Shown here in pieces: positions 1 through 10,700 of a stretch of 64,000 bases of DNA. The position numbers and the translations under genes were made by a program. The stretch is taken from NCBI GenBank assembly GCA_030637515.1, contig DAOWGM010000059.1:25441-89440 (forward strand), given 5' to 3'. Source of the stretch: Bacteroidales bacterium. Lineage in GTDB: Bacteria > Bacteroidota > Bacteroidia > Bacteroidales > UBA12077. The stretch's first letter is position 1; the number at the start of each line of letters is the position of its first letter. The notes below the pieces were generated by a model. That model was not told the origin of the DNA, searched no databases, and was given only the letters and a program-made list of their open reading frames with translations.

Positions 1-399
1 AAGAAGGTGTTCCATGTTATGGTTGAGTGTTTGCAAAACATTAGTAAACATGCAGATTCGTTTGGATCTGATGATTTTCTTTTTGCAGGTCGAGGCATAT
101 TTATGGTAAGTAAAGGAAAAGACGATTATCATGTGACAACAGGGAATGTCATTGAAAATGATAAAATCGAAGAACTTACCGAAATGCTAACCCATATCAA
201 CAGCTTAGACCGGGAAGGTCTGAAGCAACTGTATAAGAGTCAGATGAAAGAAGGAAGACTTTCCGAAAAAGGTGGTGCTGGGCTTGGTTTTATTGACATA
301 GCTCGAAAAACAGGCAATAAGCTTGAATATCACTTTTTACCAATTGACGAAGGAAGTTCATTCTTCTTATTAACATCATCAATTTCAAGAAATGCTTAA
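1..399 (+). CDS. SiaB-like GHKL-fold protein kinase (partner-switching kinase), 5' end cut by window edge
   Basis: Open frame runs from the window edge. The C-terminal ATP-lid-like 'EKGGAGLGFIDIARKTGNKLEYHF' is typical of small anti-sigma/SiaB-type kinases. It lies directly upstream of a DUF1987/SiaC-like gene. Confidence 0.55.
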   Translation, partial: KKVFHVMVECLQNISKHADSFGSDDFLFAGRGIFMVSKGKDDYHVTTGNVIENDKIEELTEMLTHINSLDREGLKQLYKSQMKEGRLSEKGGAGLGFIDIARKTGNKLEYHFLPIDEGSSFFLLTSSISRNA

Positions 400-417
400 T
401 AAAATAATTATGATATT

Positions 418-798
418 ATGGAAGTAATAAAAATAAAAGGTACTGACGATACTCCAACAATTATTCTTGATCAGAACAATGGAATTTTTGAAATTTCGGG
501 GAGATCACTTCCTGAAGATGTAACTACATTCTACGAGCCTGTTTTAAACTGGCTGGAAGATTATCAGGATGAAGCAAATGATAAAACAGTATTCGCATTT
601 AAACTTGTTTATTTTAATACTGCATCATCAAAACTTATTCTTGATATTTTAATGAAGCTTGAAGAATTGCATGAAAATGGTAAAGAAGTTTTAATTAAAT
701 GGTTCTTTCCTGAAGATGATGAAGATATGGAAGAAGCAGGTGAAGAATATGCAGATATAGTTGATGTACCATTTGAACAAGTAAGTTACACATTATAG
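418..798 (+). CDS. DUF1987 / SiaC-like regulatory phosphoprotein
   Basis: 126 aa. The N-terminus 'IKGTDDTPTIILDQNNGIFEISGRSLPED..FYEPVLNWL' and 'VYFNTASSKL' match the DUF1987 family pattern. 18-nt gap after the kinase gene. Confidence 0.65.
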   Translation: MEVIKIKGTDDTPTIILDQNNGIFEISGRSLPEDVTTFYEPVLNWLEDYQDEANDKTVFAFKLVYFNTASSKLILDILMKLEELHENGKEVLIKWFFPEDDEDMEEAGEEYADIVDVPFEQVSYTL

Positions 799-806
799 TT
801 AGCTTA

Positions 807-814
807 TATTTTTG
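807..814 (+). promoter_or_regulatory. Bacteroidota-type -7 box (TATTTTTG) upstream of the ABC gene
   Basis: Matches TAnnTTTG, 33 nt before the ATG at 848. Confidence 0.4.
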
Positions 815-847
815 TTTTCTTTTTATTGTCGGTTTTAACTTAAAATT

Positions 848-3800
848 ATGAGTGAAGAGATTTTAAAAGCCCTTATGCAATTGTTTGCAATAATTGCAAA
901 ACAAGACGAAGGAGTAGAATCCAGTGAAAGGGAGTTTGTTAAAAATTTCTTAACTCAACAGTTAAATAACGAAGCTGTACCTGAATACATTGCTCTTTTT
1001 GATGAAAAAGCAGGATTTACAGGTAAAAAAGTAGAAAAAGGGGAAAACGAAAAAGTAAAGTTAACATCAGTTAAAGACTCGGTAAGGATTTTAGGAATTT
1101 GTAAAAAAATTAATAAAACACTTACCCAACAACAAAAAGTTATTGTTCTCGTAAGACTTTTTGAATTGGTTAACGCCGACAGAAAGTTTTCAGAACAAAG
1201 AATGGCAATTATTAATACAGTTGCTGAAGTTTTTAAGCTTACCAAGGAAGAATTCTTAAGTATTGAAAGTTTTGTTATACACAACGAAATTTCAGAAATA
1301 GACAATGCTGACAACTTAATAATTAACGATAAAGAGAATCAATGCAAAGAAGCTAAACATGTTAAAGTTGAAGCTTTAGACGGCAATATTTTTATCCTGC
1401 AAGTTAAAAGTGTTGATCTCTATTTTATGCGTTATAATGGCAACGAAGATCTTTTTCTGAATGGGCTCCCGGTTAATAATTTAAGAATTTACCTTTTTGC
1501 AAGTGGTGGTACTATCAAGTTACAAAAAGGAAAACCTATTTATTACAGTGATATTGTTGCTCATTATTTAGCCGATAGCACATCAACAAAAATTTCTTAT
1601 ATAGCAAGAGATATTAACTTTGTTTTTCCTAATGGAGGTATTGGATTAAGAAATATTAATTTTTCTGAAGATCAAGGAAAATTAATTGGATTGATGGGTG
1701 CCAGTGGTGCAGGAAAAACTACTTTACTTAATGTTCTAACCGGATTAAATACTCCTACTTCAGGCGAAATTCTTATAAATGGGATTAATCTTCATAAAGA
1801 AAAAGAAAAGTTAGAAGGTGTAATTGGTTACATACCTCAAGACGATTTGTTAATTGAAGAACTTACCGTTTTTCAGAATCTTTACTATAATGCAAAACTC
1901 TGTTTTAATGATAAATCAGAAGAGGAAATAGTTGAGCTTGTTGATAAAACACTAACCAGCCTTGGCTTAATTGATCGTAAACATTTAAAGGTTGGATCTC
2001 CAATGAATAAGATGATTAGTGGAGGTCAGCGTAAAAGATTAAATATTGCTCTCGAACTTATTAGAGAACCTTCTATCCTTTTAGTAGATGAACCTACTTC
2101 AGGTCTTTCATCAAGAGACTCTGAGAATGTAATGGACTTGCTGCGGGAGCTTGCTCTTAAAGGAAAATTGATATTTGTTGTAATTCATCAACCATCATCA
2201 GACATATATAAAATGTTTGATAATATGATGATTCTTGATACAGGTGGCTATATGATATATTATGGGAATCCTGTTGAAGGAGTTATGTACTTTAAGCGAC
2301 TTGACGCTCAGATCAATAGCGATGTTGGGGAATGTCAAATTTGTGGTAATGTTAATCCCGAACTTATTTTTAACATTATAGAGGCAAAGGTAGTTGACGA
2401 ATTCGGAAAATACACACCAAAAAGAAAAATTTCTCCCCATAAATGGGAAGAAAACTTTAAAGAAAATGTTAAAATAGATGTAGTTGATCCAGTTCAAGAA
2501 GCTCCTCCTTCTACCTTAAGAATTCCTTCCTGGTTTAAACAGCTTAAGATTTACACAATTCGAGACTTTCTTTCGAAAATAAGCAACAAACAATATATAG
2601 CATTAAACTTACTTGAAGCTCCAATATTAGGATTCATGCTTTCGTTTATAATCAGATATATAGTTGACCCTAATTCTAATGTTTATATTTTCCGTGAAAA
2701 TGAAAATATTCAAATTTACATTTTCATGGCACTTATAGTAGTATTGTTTTTAGGGCTAACGGTTAGTGCCGAAGAAATTTTTCGTGATCGGAAAATACTA
2801 AAACGAGAAGCTTTTCTAAATTTAAGCCGGTCAAGTTATTTAATCTCTAAAATATTCATTCTTTTTACAATATCAGCTATACAGGCAATTTTATTTGTTT
2901 TAATTGCAAACGGTATTTTAGAAGTTAAAGCAATGAATTTCCAATACTGGTTTGCATTGTTTACTACAGCAGCTTTTGCAAACATGTTAGGACTAAATGT
3001 ATCTGCTTCGTTCAATTCTGCGGTAACTATATATATTCTTATCCCGCTGTTAATGATTCCAATGATGGTTTTAAGTGGGGCAATGTTTCCTTTCGATAAA
3101 ATGAATCGGTCAATTAGTAGTGTTAAGAAAGTTCCATTTATAGCAGAATTTATGCCAACAAAATGGTCTTTTGAAGCATTAATGGTAAACCAGTTTAAGA
3201 ATAACGAATTTGAAAAGAATTTTTATGAAATAGAAAAACGAGAAAGTAATGCCGATTTTAAACATGTTTATTATATTCCTGAATTAGAAAAATCTCTTAC
3301 ATATATTGAAGATAACTGGTATAAATCTCATGACAATGAAGAGGTAAAGGCAAATATAGTTAGTAGCCTGAATTTATTAAAAACTGAACTTCCTAAAGAA
3401 GAAAAAAGAACAGGAGTTATATTTGAGTCAGGTCATCAGCTAGATACAGCTTTACTTAATGATATTGTAATTGGCAAAACAAGAGAGTTTATTGAAAAAA
3501 TAGACTCTTATTATATGCTAATCTTCCAAAAAGCAAACAACGAAAAAAATAATATTATTGATCATCTTAAAAAAACAAACCCGCAATTGTACAGGGGGAA
3601 ACGTGATGCATACCATAACGAAAGCGTAGAAGATCAGGTTAAAAAAGTATTTGAAAAAAACAAGATTATCCGATACAAAGACGAATTAATACAACAGATA
3701 GATCCAATTTATAAAGATGCTGATGTTGAAGGATTCTTCAATTTTAGATCACATTTTTATGCACCACGAAAATATTTTGCAGGAAAATATCATGATACTT

Positions 3801-3916
3801 TCTGGTTTAATCTGATTTTTATATGGGTTATGACAATTTTTTTATACATTACTCTTTATTACGAATTACTGAAAAAATTACTTGATCTTCCTGAAAAGAT
3901 TAAGTTTAAAAAATAA
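848..3916 (+). CDS. Fusion ABC transporter: N-terminal TerB-like helical domain + beta-rich linker + ABCG-like ATPase + ABC-2 permease + long C-terminal extension
   Basis: Walker A 'GLMGASGAGKTTLLNVL', signature 'ISGGQRKRLNIALEL', Walker B 'ILLVDEPTSGLS'. About 6 TM segments follow the NBD (NBD-TMD order as in ABCG/ABC-2 exporters). The N-terminal approx 150 aa resemble the TerB fold ('ALMQLFAIIAKQDEGVESSEREFV'). Confidence 0.85.
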   Translation: MSEEILKALMQLFAIIAKQDEGVESSEREFVKNFLTQQLNNEAVPEYIALFDEKAGFTGKKVEKGENEKVKLTSVKDSVRILGICKKINKTLTQQQKVIVLVRLFELVNADRKFSEQRMAIINTVAEVFKLTKEEFLSIESFVIHNEISEIDNADNLIINDKENQCKEAKHVKVEALDGNIFILQVKSVDLYFMRYNGNEDLFLNGLPVNNLRIYLFASGGTIKLQKGKPIYYSDIVAHYLADSTSTKISYIARDINFVFPNGGIGLRNINFSEDQGKLIGLMGASGAGKTTLLNVLTGLNTPTSGEILINGINLHKEKEKLEGVIGYIPQDDLLIEELTVFQNLYYNAKLCFNDKSEEEIVELVDKTLTSLGLIDRKHLKVGSPMNKMISGGQRKRLNIALELIREPSILLVDEPTSGLSSRDSENVMDLLRELALKGKLIFVVIHQPSSDIYKMFDNMMILDTGGYMIYYGNPVEGVMYFKRLDAQINSDVGECQICGNVNPELIFNIIEAKVVDEFGKYTPKRKISPHKWEENFKENVKIDVVDPVQEAPPSTLRIPSWFKQLKIYTIRDFLSKISNKQYIALNLLEAPILGFMLSFIIRYIVDPNSNVYIFRENENIQIYIFMALIVVLFLGLTVSAEEIFRDRKILKREAFLNLSRSSYLISKIFILFTISAIQAILFVLIANGILEVKAMNFQYWFALFTTAAFANMLGLNVSASFNSAVTIYILIPLLMIPMMVLSGAMFPFDKMNRSISSVKKVPFIAEFMPTKWSFEALMVNQFKNNEFEKNFYEIEKRESNADFKHVYYIPELEKSLTYIEDNWYKSHDNEEVKANIVSSLNLLKTELPKEEKRTGVIFESGHQLDTALLNDIVIGKTREFIEKIDSYYMLIFQKANNEKNNIIDHLKKTNPQLYRGKRDAYHNESVEDQVKKVFEKNKIIRYKDELIQQIDPIYKDADVEGFFNFRSHFYAPRKYFAGKYHDTFWFNLIFIWVMTIFLYITLYYELLKKLLDLPEKIKFKK

Positions 3917-3959
3917 TATTTCGAGGTATTGAATATTTTTATATCTTTATGAGATGTGT

Positions 3960-3967
3960 TAAATTTG
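3960..3967 (+). promoter_or_regulatory. -7 box (TAAATTTG) upstream of the lipoprotein operon
   Basis: Perfect TAnnTTTG, 30 nt before the ATG at 3998. Confidence 0.45.
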
Positions 3968-3997
3968 CAATATAACTGAAAATCAATCAAGTCGATT

Positions 3998-4906
3998 ATG
4001 AGCAAACATTTGATATACATATTATTACCATTATTAATATTTGCAGCCTGCCAATCAGACAAGCAAAAAGACACTGATTTTGGTGCTGAATTTGAAATTC
4101 CTGACTCTGTAATATATGATGGTGAGCTAGAAATTTCACAACAAGCAATGGATGAAATTGTCCAAAATATATCATCACCGGTTGAAATTGCGGCACTAAT
4201 TAAATCTGTTGGAGTACCTTATTCAAAAAACTATTTAGCAAGTACAGACAACATTGATAATTACAATACAAGTTTTGAAAAAGCTCTTGGCTTAGGTATC
4301 TATGGTGCCGATCTGGGTTACCAAAATATGTTTAATAAAACAGGTTCAGTAATTGATTATATTTCTGCTATAAAAACACTTGCCGATGGAATTCGTGTAG
4401 GACAGTTTTTTGACTTCTCGACACTAAGGCGCTTAGTTTCTAATAATCAGAATCTTGACTCTTTAATGACAATTTCTGTTCAGAACTTTAATCAAATGGA
4501 CCGATATTTGAATGAGAATAATCGTAGTAATTTAAGTTCCTTAATAGTAACAGGTGTATGGATTGAAAGTATGTATTTATTATGTGAGTCTATAAAAGAA
4601 TCTCCAAATGCTGAGCTTTCTGAAAAAATAGGAGAACAAAAAATTATTTTAGGTAACTTAATGTTACTTCTAAAGAATTACGAAAGAGATCCTAAATTTA
4701 AAGATCTTATTGAGAAACTTACTGAGATTCAGTCTATTTTTAGAGAAGTAACAATTACTTACGAAAAAGCAGAACCAGAAATGATTGAAGAAGACGGGAT
4801 GCTAGTAATAAAACAAAACGATAAACAGTCAATTGAAATATCAAATGAAACATTATTTAAAATTATTGATAAGACTGTTGAAGTTCGAAATAAAATAATA
4901 TTGTAA
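3998..4906 (+). CDS. Hypothetical lipoprotein
   Basis: Lipobox-like signal peptide 'LLPLLIFAAC|QSD'. Mostly helical-looking 302-aa protein; no family recognised. Confidence 0.6.
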   Translation: MSKHLIYILLPLLIFAACQSDKQKDTDFGAEFEIPDSVIYDGELEISQQAMDEIVQNISSPVEIAALIKSVGVPYSKNYLASTDNIDNYNTSFEKALGLGIYGADLGYQNMFNKTGSVIDYISAIKTLADGIRVGQFFDFSTLRRLVSNNQNLDSLMTISVQNFNQMDRYLNENNRSNLSSLIVTGVWIESMYLLCESIKESPNAELSEKIGEQKIILGNLMLLLKNYERDPKFKDLIEKLTEIQSIFREVTITYEKAEPEMIEEDGMLVIKQNDKQSIEISNETLFKIIDKTVEVRNKIIL

Positions 4907-4908
4907 AT

Positions 4909-5358
4909 ATGAGAAGCATTTATATAATTTTTACCTTATTTGCAATTATCATTCTTGGAAATAGCAATAAGTTATATGCTCAATCCGGTCAAGAATTAGT
5001 TGATATATGCAACATGATTGCAGGTGAAGCAACTTATTTAAAGGATTTTCAGATAAAACTTGAAGCTGCGAAGCCCGGAGAGGAACCACCAACTGCAAGA
5101 CATTCAGTTGTATTAAGTAAAAACACAAAATATCGTTTTTCTATTTGTAATTCCAAAGATTATCCTGGGGAGGCAACCATTCTATTATATGACAATAACA
5201 GACTTTTAGGGCAAAACTATATTGTTGCTACCGGAAAAAGTTATCCAACATTCGATTTTAAATGTACACAAACTAGTGTATATCATATTTTTATCTCTTT
5301 TAGAGAAGGAGAACAAGGTATGGCTGTTGCATTACTATCCTTTGTAGAAAGATTCTAA
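4909..5358 (+). CDS. Hypothetical secreted protein
   Basis: Signal peptide 'MRSIYIIFTLFAIIILGNSNKLYA|Q'. 2-nt gap after the lipoprotein gene suggests an operon. Confidence 0.55.
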   Translation: MRSIYIIFTLFAIIILGNSNKLYAQSGQELVDICNMIAGEATYLKDFQIKLEAAKPGEEPPTARHSVVLSKNTKYRFSICNSKDYPGEATILLYDNNRLLGQNYIVATGKSYPTFDFKCTQTSVYHIFISFREGEQGMAVALLSFVERF

Positions 5359-5381
5359 CATCAATTAAGTATAATAAAATC

Positions 5382-5411
5382 ATAACAGCTCATCTAATAA
5401 TGAGCTGTTAT
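5382..5411. terminator. Hairpin between convergent genes (11-bp stem ATAACAGCTCA/TGAGCTGTTAT)
   Basis: Perfect inverted repeat. The loop contains the TAG stop of the minus-strand gene. T-rich flank on the + side. Confidence 0.45.
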
Positions 5412-6392
5412 TTGTATATATACTATTAATCCTATAAGAATAATGATAATACTATTTAAATACCAGTTTCTCTTTAAGGTATAAAAATAGTTGGTTAGAA
5501 GAAAGGAAATGGGAATACTGATAAGGTAAATTATTTCAAATGAAACATATTTAAAAAAGAAAAATAAGATCAAACATATAACAAATAACCACCAATTAAT
5601 TACAAAATATTTCCTTGTTCTAATTTTTTTCATTTGAAAGTTCATAATAAGAACATAACTGGCATTTAGTATAATAAATAGTAGAAATCCATAAAATAAA
5701 TAATATGCTAAGTGAATATTATTAAATTCTTTTATAAAGCTAAATCCTTCTTTAACATTCTCAAGTAACAGAGTCAATTCTGACAAATCAAAAACTACAA
5801 AATAAAAGACAAAAACAAATAAATATGGCGTAAGAAAGCCTAAAAGGCTAACAATCCATTCTCTTCCTATAAATGGTCTTAAAACAGATAAGGATATCCA
5901 AATTACAATAAAAAATACTGAAAAAGGAACCCAAAATAGAGATGCAATAGATATAAAGAATCCAGCTAAATAAAGCTTATTTAAGGCATATTCCTCTCTG
6001 TAAATACTAAAAATATAATCAAGAGACAAGAATATAAATATTGTCCCTATAAGTGTTGGATTAAATCTTTGTAAGGGAATAAAACTACCTGAAATCAAAA
6101 TATAAAAAAAAGCAGGTAAATATGTTCTATAGTTAATTAGTATATATTTCCTATTAAACTGTATCAGCAAAAAAGCCTGAAATAAAACAAAAGCAAAACC
6201 CACAAATATTGAAGCAAGAGAATTAACCGGGATGATATTTCCAAAAAGGCGATACAAAGGCATACTTAGTATATCACCTGATATCTCTACTACATTTGTA
6301 TTTAAGATAGATAAACCCCAAATTAGAATTCCTGCCAAAACAATAAAAATAATTACTCCGGGTCGGTTACTTTTTAGAATAGAAGAAATCAT
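5394..6392 (-). CDS. Polytopic membrane protein of unknown function
   Basis: 332 aa, about 9-10 hydrophobic segments. Sits immediately downstream of purD on the same strand (5-nt gap), an arrangement I recall from other Bacteroidota (DUF6427-like). Confidence 0.6.
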   Translation of the reverse strand: MISSILKSNRPGVIIFIVLAGILIWGLSILNTNVVEISGDILSMPLYRLFGNIIPVNSLASIFVGFAFVLFQAFLLIQFNRKYILINYRTYLPAFFYILISGSFIPLQRFNPTLIGTIFIFLSLDYIFSIYREEYALNKLYLAGFFISIASLFWVPFSVFFIVIWISLSVLRPFIGREWIVSLLGFLTPYLFVFVFYFVVFDLSELTLLLENVKEGFSFIKEFNNIHLAYYLFYGFLLFIILNASYVLIMNFQMKKIRTRKYFVINWWLFVICLILFFFFKYVSFEIIYLISIPISFLLTNYFYTLKRNWYLNSIIIILIGLIVYIQITAHY

Positions 6393-6397
6393 GTGTG

Positions 6398-7666
6398 TTA
6401 TTTTAAATCAAATCCAATGTCACTTCTGTAATATTTACCATCAAATTGAATTGAATCAACATTTTGATAGCTTTTCTTAAGTGCTTCGAAGATATCTTTA
6501 CCATAAGATGAAACTGCAATTACGCGACCTCCATTAGTAACAATATCGGAAGAATCGTATTTAGTCCCTGCATGAAATACTAATGAATCATTAATTTCAG
6601 GTATTTCTATTTTTTTACCTTTTTCATAATTGCCGGGATATCCACCAGAAACCATCATTACAGTTGCACAAGCTTCCGGATTAAATTCAATTTTAGCTTT
6701 TTCAAGTGTTTCATTCTTAACATGTAAAAACAGATCAACAATATCTGATTTTATTCTTGGAACTACTACTTCTGTTTCAGGATCGCCCATTCTTACATTA
6801 TATTCAATTACAAAAGGATCTTCTCCTACTTTTATTAATCCAAAGAAAACAAATCCTTTATAGTCTATATTTTCATTAATCAACCCCTCTATAGTTGGTT
6901 TAATAACTCTTTCTTCAACTTTATCCATAAACCCCTTGTCTGCAAAAGGAACTGGCGAAACTGCTCCCATACCACCTGTATTTAATCCTGTATCAGCTTC
7001 GCCGATTCTTTTATAATCTTTTGCTTCAGGTAATATCTTATATGATTTACCATCGGTTAATACAAAAACAGACAATTCTATTCCACTAAGGAATTCCTCA
7101 ATTACCACAGTATCACTTGCTTTCCCAAACTGTCCCTGAAGCATTTCTTCAAGAGATTTTTTTGCTTCTTCAAGATCTTCCAGAATTAACACTCCTTTAC
7201 CTGCTGCTAGTCCGTCAGCTTTTAATACATATGGAGAGCTTACTTCTTCTAAGAATGCTTTCCCTTCATTAATACTTGCTTTTGAAAAGGATTTATATGA
7301 TGCTGTTGGAATATTATATTTGCTCATGAACTCTTTAGCAAAATCTTTACTTCCTTCGAGTATGGCTCCTGCCTTAACCGGACCAATTACAGATATGTTT
7401 TTTAAGCTTTTATCTTCCAGAAAATAATCTGCAATGCCATCTACTAAAGGTTGTTCCGGACCAACAACAACAAGCTCAACATTTTTCTCTATAGCAAATT
7501 TCTTTATCTTACTAAAATCTGATAAATTGAGATTAACATTTTCACCAAGTTCTGATGTTCCGGCATTGCCGGGAGCAATATAAAGTTTGTCAATTTTTTC
7601 ACTCTGAGTTATTTTCCAGGCAAGTGCATGTTCACGACCACCAGAACCTAAAAGTAGTATATTCAT
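6398..7666 (-). CDS. purD: Phosphoribosylamine--glycine ligase
   Basis: 'MNILLLGSGGREHALAWK' N-terminus, ATP-grasp core, 422 aa. Confidence 0.95.
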   Translation of the reverse strand: MNILLLGSGGREHALAWKITQSEKIDKLYIAPGNAGTSELGENVNLNLSDFSKIKKFAIEKNVELVVVGPEQPLVDGIADYFLEDKSLKNISVIGPVKAGAILEGSKDFAKEFMSKYNIPTASYKSFSKASINEGKAFLEEVSSPYVLKADGLAAGKGVLILEDLEEAKKSLEEMLQGQFGKASDTVVIEEFLSGIELSVFVLTDGKSYKILPEAKDYKRIGEADTGLNTGGMGAVSPVPFADKGFMDKVEERVIKPTIEGLINENIDYKGFVFFGLIKVGEDPFVIEYNVRMGDPETEVVVPRIKSDIVDLFLHVKNETLEKAKIEFNPEACATVMMVSGGYPGNYEKGKKIEIPEINDSLVFHAGTKYDSSDIVTNGGRVIAVSSYGKDIFEALKKSYQNVDSIQFDGKYYRSDIGFDLK

Positions 7667-7689
7667 AATCTGCTAATTTATTTTGTAAG

Positions 7690-7697
7690 CAAAGATA
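7690..7697 (-). promoter_or_regulatory. -7 box (TATCTTTG on minus strand) upstream of purD
   Basis: Plus strand CAAAGATA. 23 nt before the purD ATG. Confidence 0.4.
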
Positions 7698-7745
7698 ATT
7701 AACGGAAAGTTAGCCAACAAATTAATTTATCACTGCATATTAACA

Positions 7746-7774
7746 ATAAAAAAGGGCTCTTTTTCAGAGCCCTT
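7746..7774 (-). terminator. Rho-independent terminator of the SprB-repeat gene
   Basis: 9-bp stem AAGGGCTCT/AGAGCCCTT with a 5-nt loop, followed on the minus strand by a U-run (plus-strand A-run 7748-7753). Confidence 0.7.
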
Positions 7775-7785
7775 AATTGCATTAT

Positions 7786-10700
7786 TTACTGTATAATAAT
7801 TTTTCTATTGATACTTACCTCTTTATTATAGAGTCGTATGAAATATATTCCTTTCGGATAATTAGCAACATTAACTTCCATCCTGCTTTTTTCACCAATT
7901 AAATTTAAGTCTCTTATAAAAACAACACTTCCTGATGCGTTTACAAGCTGTATAGTAAAGTCTCCCTCATATTCTGTTTTAACAAATAATCTATCTGAAA
8001 CAGGATTAGGATAAATACGAATTTTCTCATCAGAAAAATAATCAACAATACCATCTGGAGAATCTACTGATAAAGTACTTGAAGTAATAGGACCGCAAGT
8101 ATTATCATCAGTCACATCAACAGTATAATCTCCTGGCAATAACGAGTTAAAAACACCTGTAGAATTTGTAACACTACCTGGGTTAAGAGTGTAACTTAAA
8201 TCTCCTGTACCACCAGAAGCTGAAACTGTAACAGATCCATCTGCCACTGTTGAAGCTGAAGCATTTGTTGCACTTTCAGAATCAATTGTTATAACAGGAG
8301 GATTAGTAATATCAACACTATCTTCGTATTCACAATTATTTGCATCGCTCGCAATAAAGTAATACCTGCCTGCCGATAAGCCACTCTGATTTTTATCGGT
8401 TATCGCATGACCAGATCCGCCTGATGTTGTCCAGAAGTAATCAAAAGTAGGTGTTCCTCCTGAAACATTAAGTAATATAGCACCATCATTCTCATTATTA
8501 CAAGTAATATCATAAACATCTGGTACAATAACAATTAAGCCAGGTTGAGTAATATTATATGGTTTTGTTTGTTCACAACTATTTGCATCTGTTACGGTTA
8601 CAGTAAAAGAACCTGCAGGCATATCATCTGCAATTGCTGTAGCCTGTGATCCAGGATCATCCCACAAATATGAAAAGCCTCCGGCTCCGCCAGAAGCATT
8701 TGCTGTTACCTGGGCATCATTATTACCATAACATGTTACTCCATCATCGAGTACAATATCTATTAATATTGCTAGAGCATCAGTAATAGTTGCATTATCG
8801 GGTGTTTCACAAGAGTTTGCATCCGTAACTGTCACATTATAAGTATCGGCAATAAGACCAGCAATATCCTGAGTTTTATCTCCTGTTGACCAATTATATG
8901 TATACGGTTCAGTACCTCCGGTAACAGTTAAGTCAACATATCCCGAATTATCTCCATTACAATCTAATTGCGGAGGAACATCGGTTGATGTATTCAGAAC
9001 TAATGGTTCTATAATTGTTACAGAATCTGTTTTAGAACCACTATCGTCAGTTACAGTAACTAAATATTTCCCTGCACTCAGACCTGTTGCAGTTGGAGAA
9101 TTTAATCCTCCATCATGACTCCATACATATGATAATGTTCCTGAATATCCTAAGGATGTAATTGTAGCTTCTCCATCTCCTAAGCTATTGCATGATACAT
9201 TTTGAATATCTGATTCTTTAAAATAAATAAATAATTGAGTAGAATCAATAATAGTTAGCGAAGTATCCGCAGTACAGCCATTATCGTCCAAAACGGTAAC
9301 TGAATAAAGTCCTCCATCGGTTAAACCAGTAATATCCTCTGTACTTGCAGAGAATAAATTCGGCCCGGTCCAGGTATATGAAGCATATGATTCTGCACCT
9401 CCTGTAACCACAAGGTTAACTGCACCATCCTGTGCAACAGGGACATTATTTATGTGAGTTACTGTTGTTCCTGTGAATACAATTGTATCTGGCCCAGATA
9501 TATTAATTAATGTATCTGCCGTACATCCTTTTTCATCTGTTACAGTAACAGAATATGTACCAGTAGTCAGTCCGGTCTGATCTTCAGCAAGAAGACTAAC
9601 ACCTGAACCTCCGTTTGACTCAAACCAATAGTAAGTATTGCCACCATTACCTCCGCTAACATTAAGACCAATTGCTCCTTCAGTACTATAACTGCAAGAG
9701 GTAACTTGTGTTATGTTTGGGTTAAACAGAAATGTATCTGGTTCGGTAATATTAAATGTAACTGAATCTATGGAAGATGCATTGTCAGTTATGGTTACAG
9801 TATATTTACCAGCAGTAAGGCTTGATGCTGTTGAATCATTTAATCCTCCATCATGACTCCAGTCATAATTAATAGGAGGTACTCCAAAAAATGGTGTGAC
9901 AATGAGTTCTCCATCGTTCCCTTTACCACATGTTACATTTTGCTTTTTAGTAAAGGCAACTGTAAATGGCGGATCATATTTAGCAACTAATAAGCAAGAA
10001 TTACCTGGTATTGGATTAGTAAATAAACTATCGCCAACTTGAACTTCTGTTGCTCTAAAATAACCTGCTAAATATCCATTATTTTCAGAATCAGAATCTA
10101 TTTCAAGTCCGGAATCATTTTCAGAATCTGAGCCATCAATACTTATTGCCTTTAAATCATTTCCATCAGTATCAATGAGTCCTAAAAAGATATCGTAATC
10201 ATCAGTACCACTTGACTTCAGAGTATCTTCACCAAAGATTATTTCGTTAGAAAAGTATCCGGTACAATATAAAAATCCATTTTGATAATTAATTCCACGA
10301 GCCCAATCATGTGAGGTACTACCATAACCTTTTCCCCAAATTAAATTTCCGTTTTTATTATATTTATAAATAAAAATATCATCGCCTCCATTTGTAGTTA
10401 TTGCAGAAGAAAGCTCAGTTAAAGTTGAATCAATTTGTATGTTTGTTCCCTCGAAATAACCTGTAAAGTATATGTTGCCATAGTTATCTCTTGATAATGT
10501 ACCGGATAATGCTTCTGCATCTGTACTGGTTCTTCTGGTCCATAATCCGTTTCCAGAGATATCTGTCTTGTAAATAAATACATCGGTATAACCTGATCCT
10601 GTTGAAACTTCATCTCCAGTTTCAAAAGAACAAGTACCATCAAATACACCTAAAAAATAATAGTTTTCATTATAGGCTTTTAAATCTGTGAATTTTGAAC

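Noticed and set aside
955-2497. Antisense ORFs inside the ABC transporter gene (955-1314, 2198-2497)
   Set aside because: They lie entirely within a gene with intact Walker/signature motifs. Such ORFs are typical of AT-rich stop-poor antisense frames.
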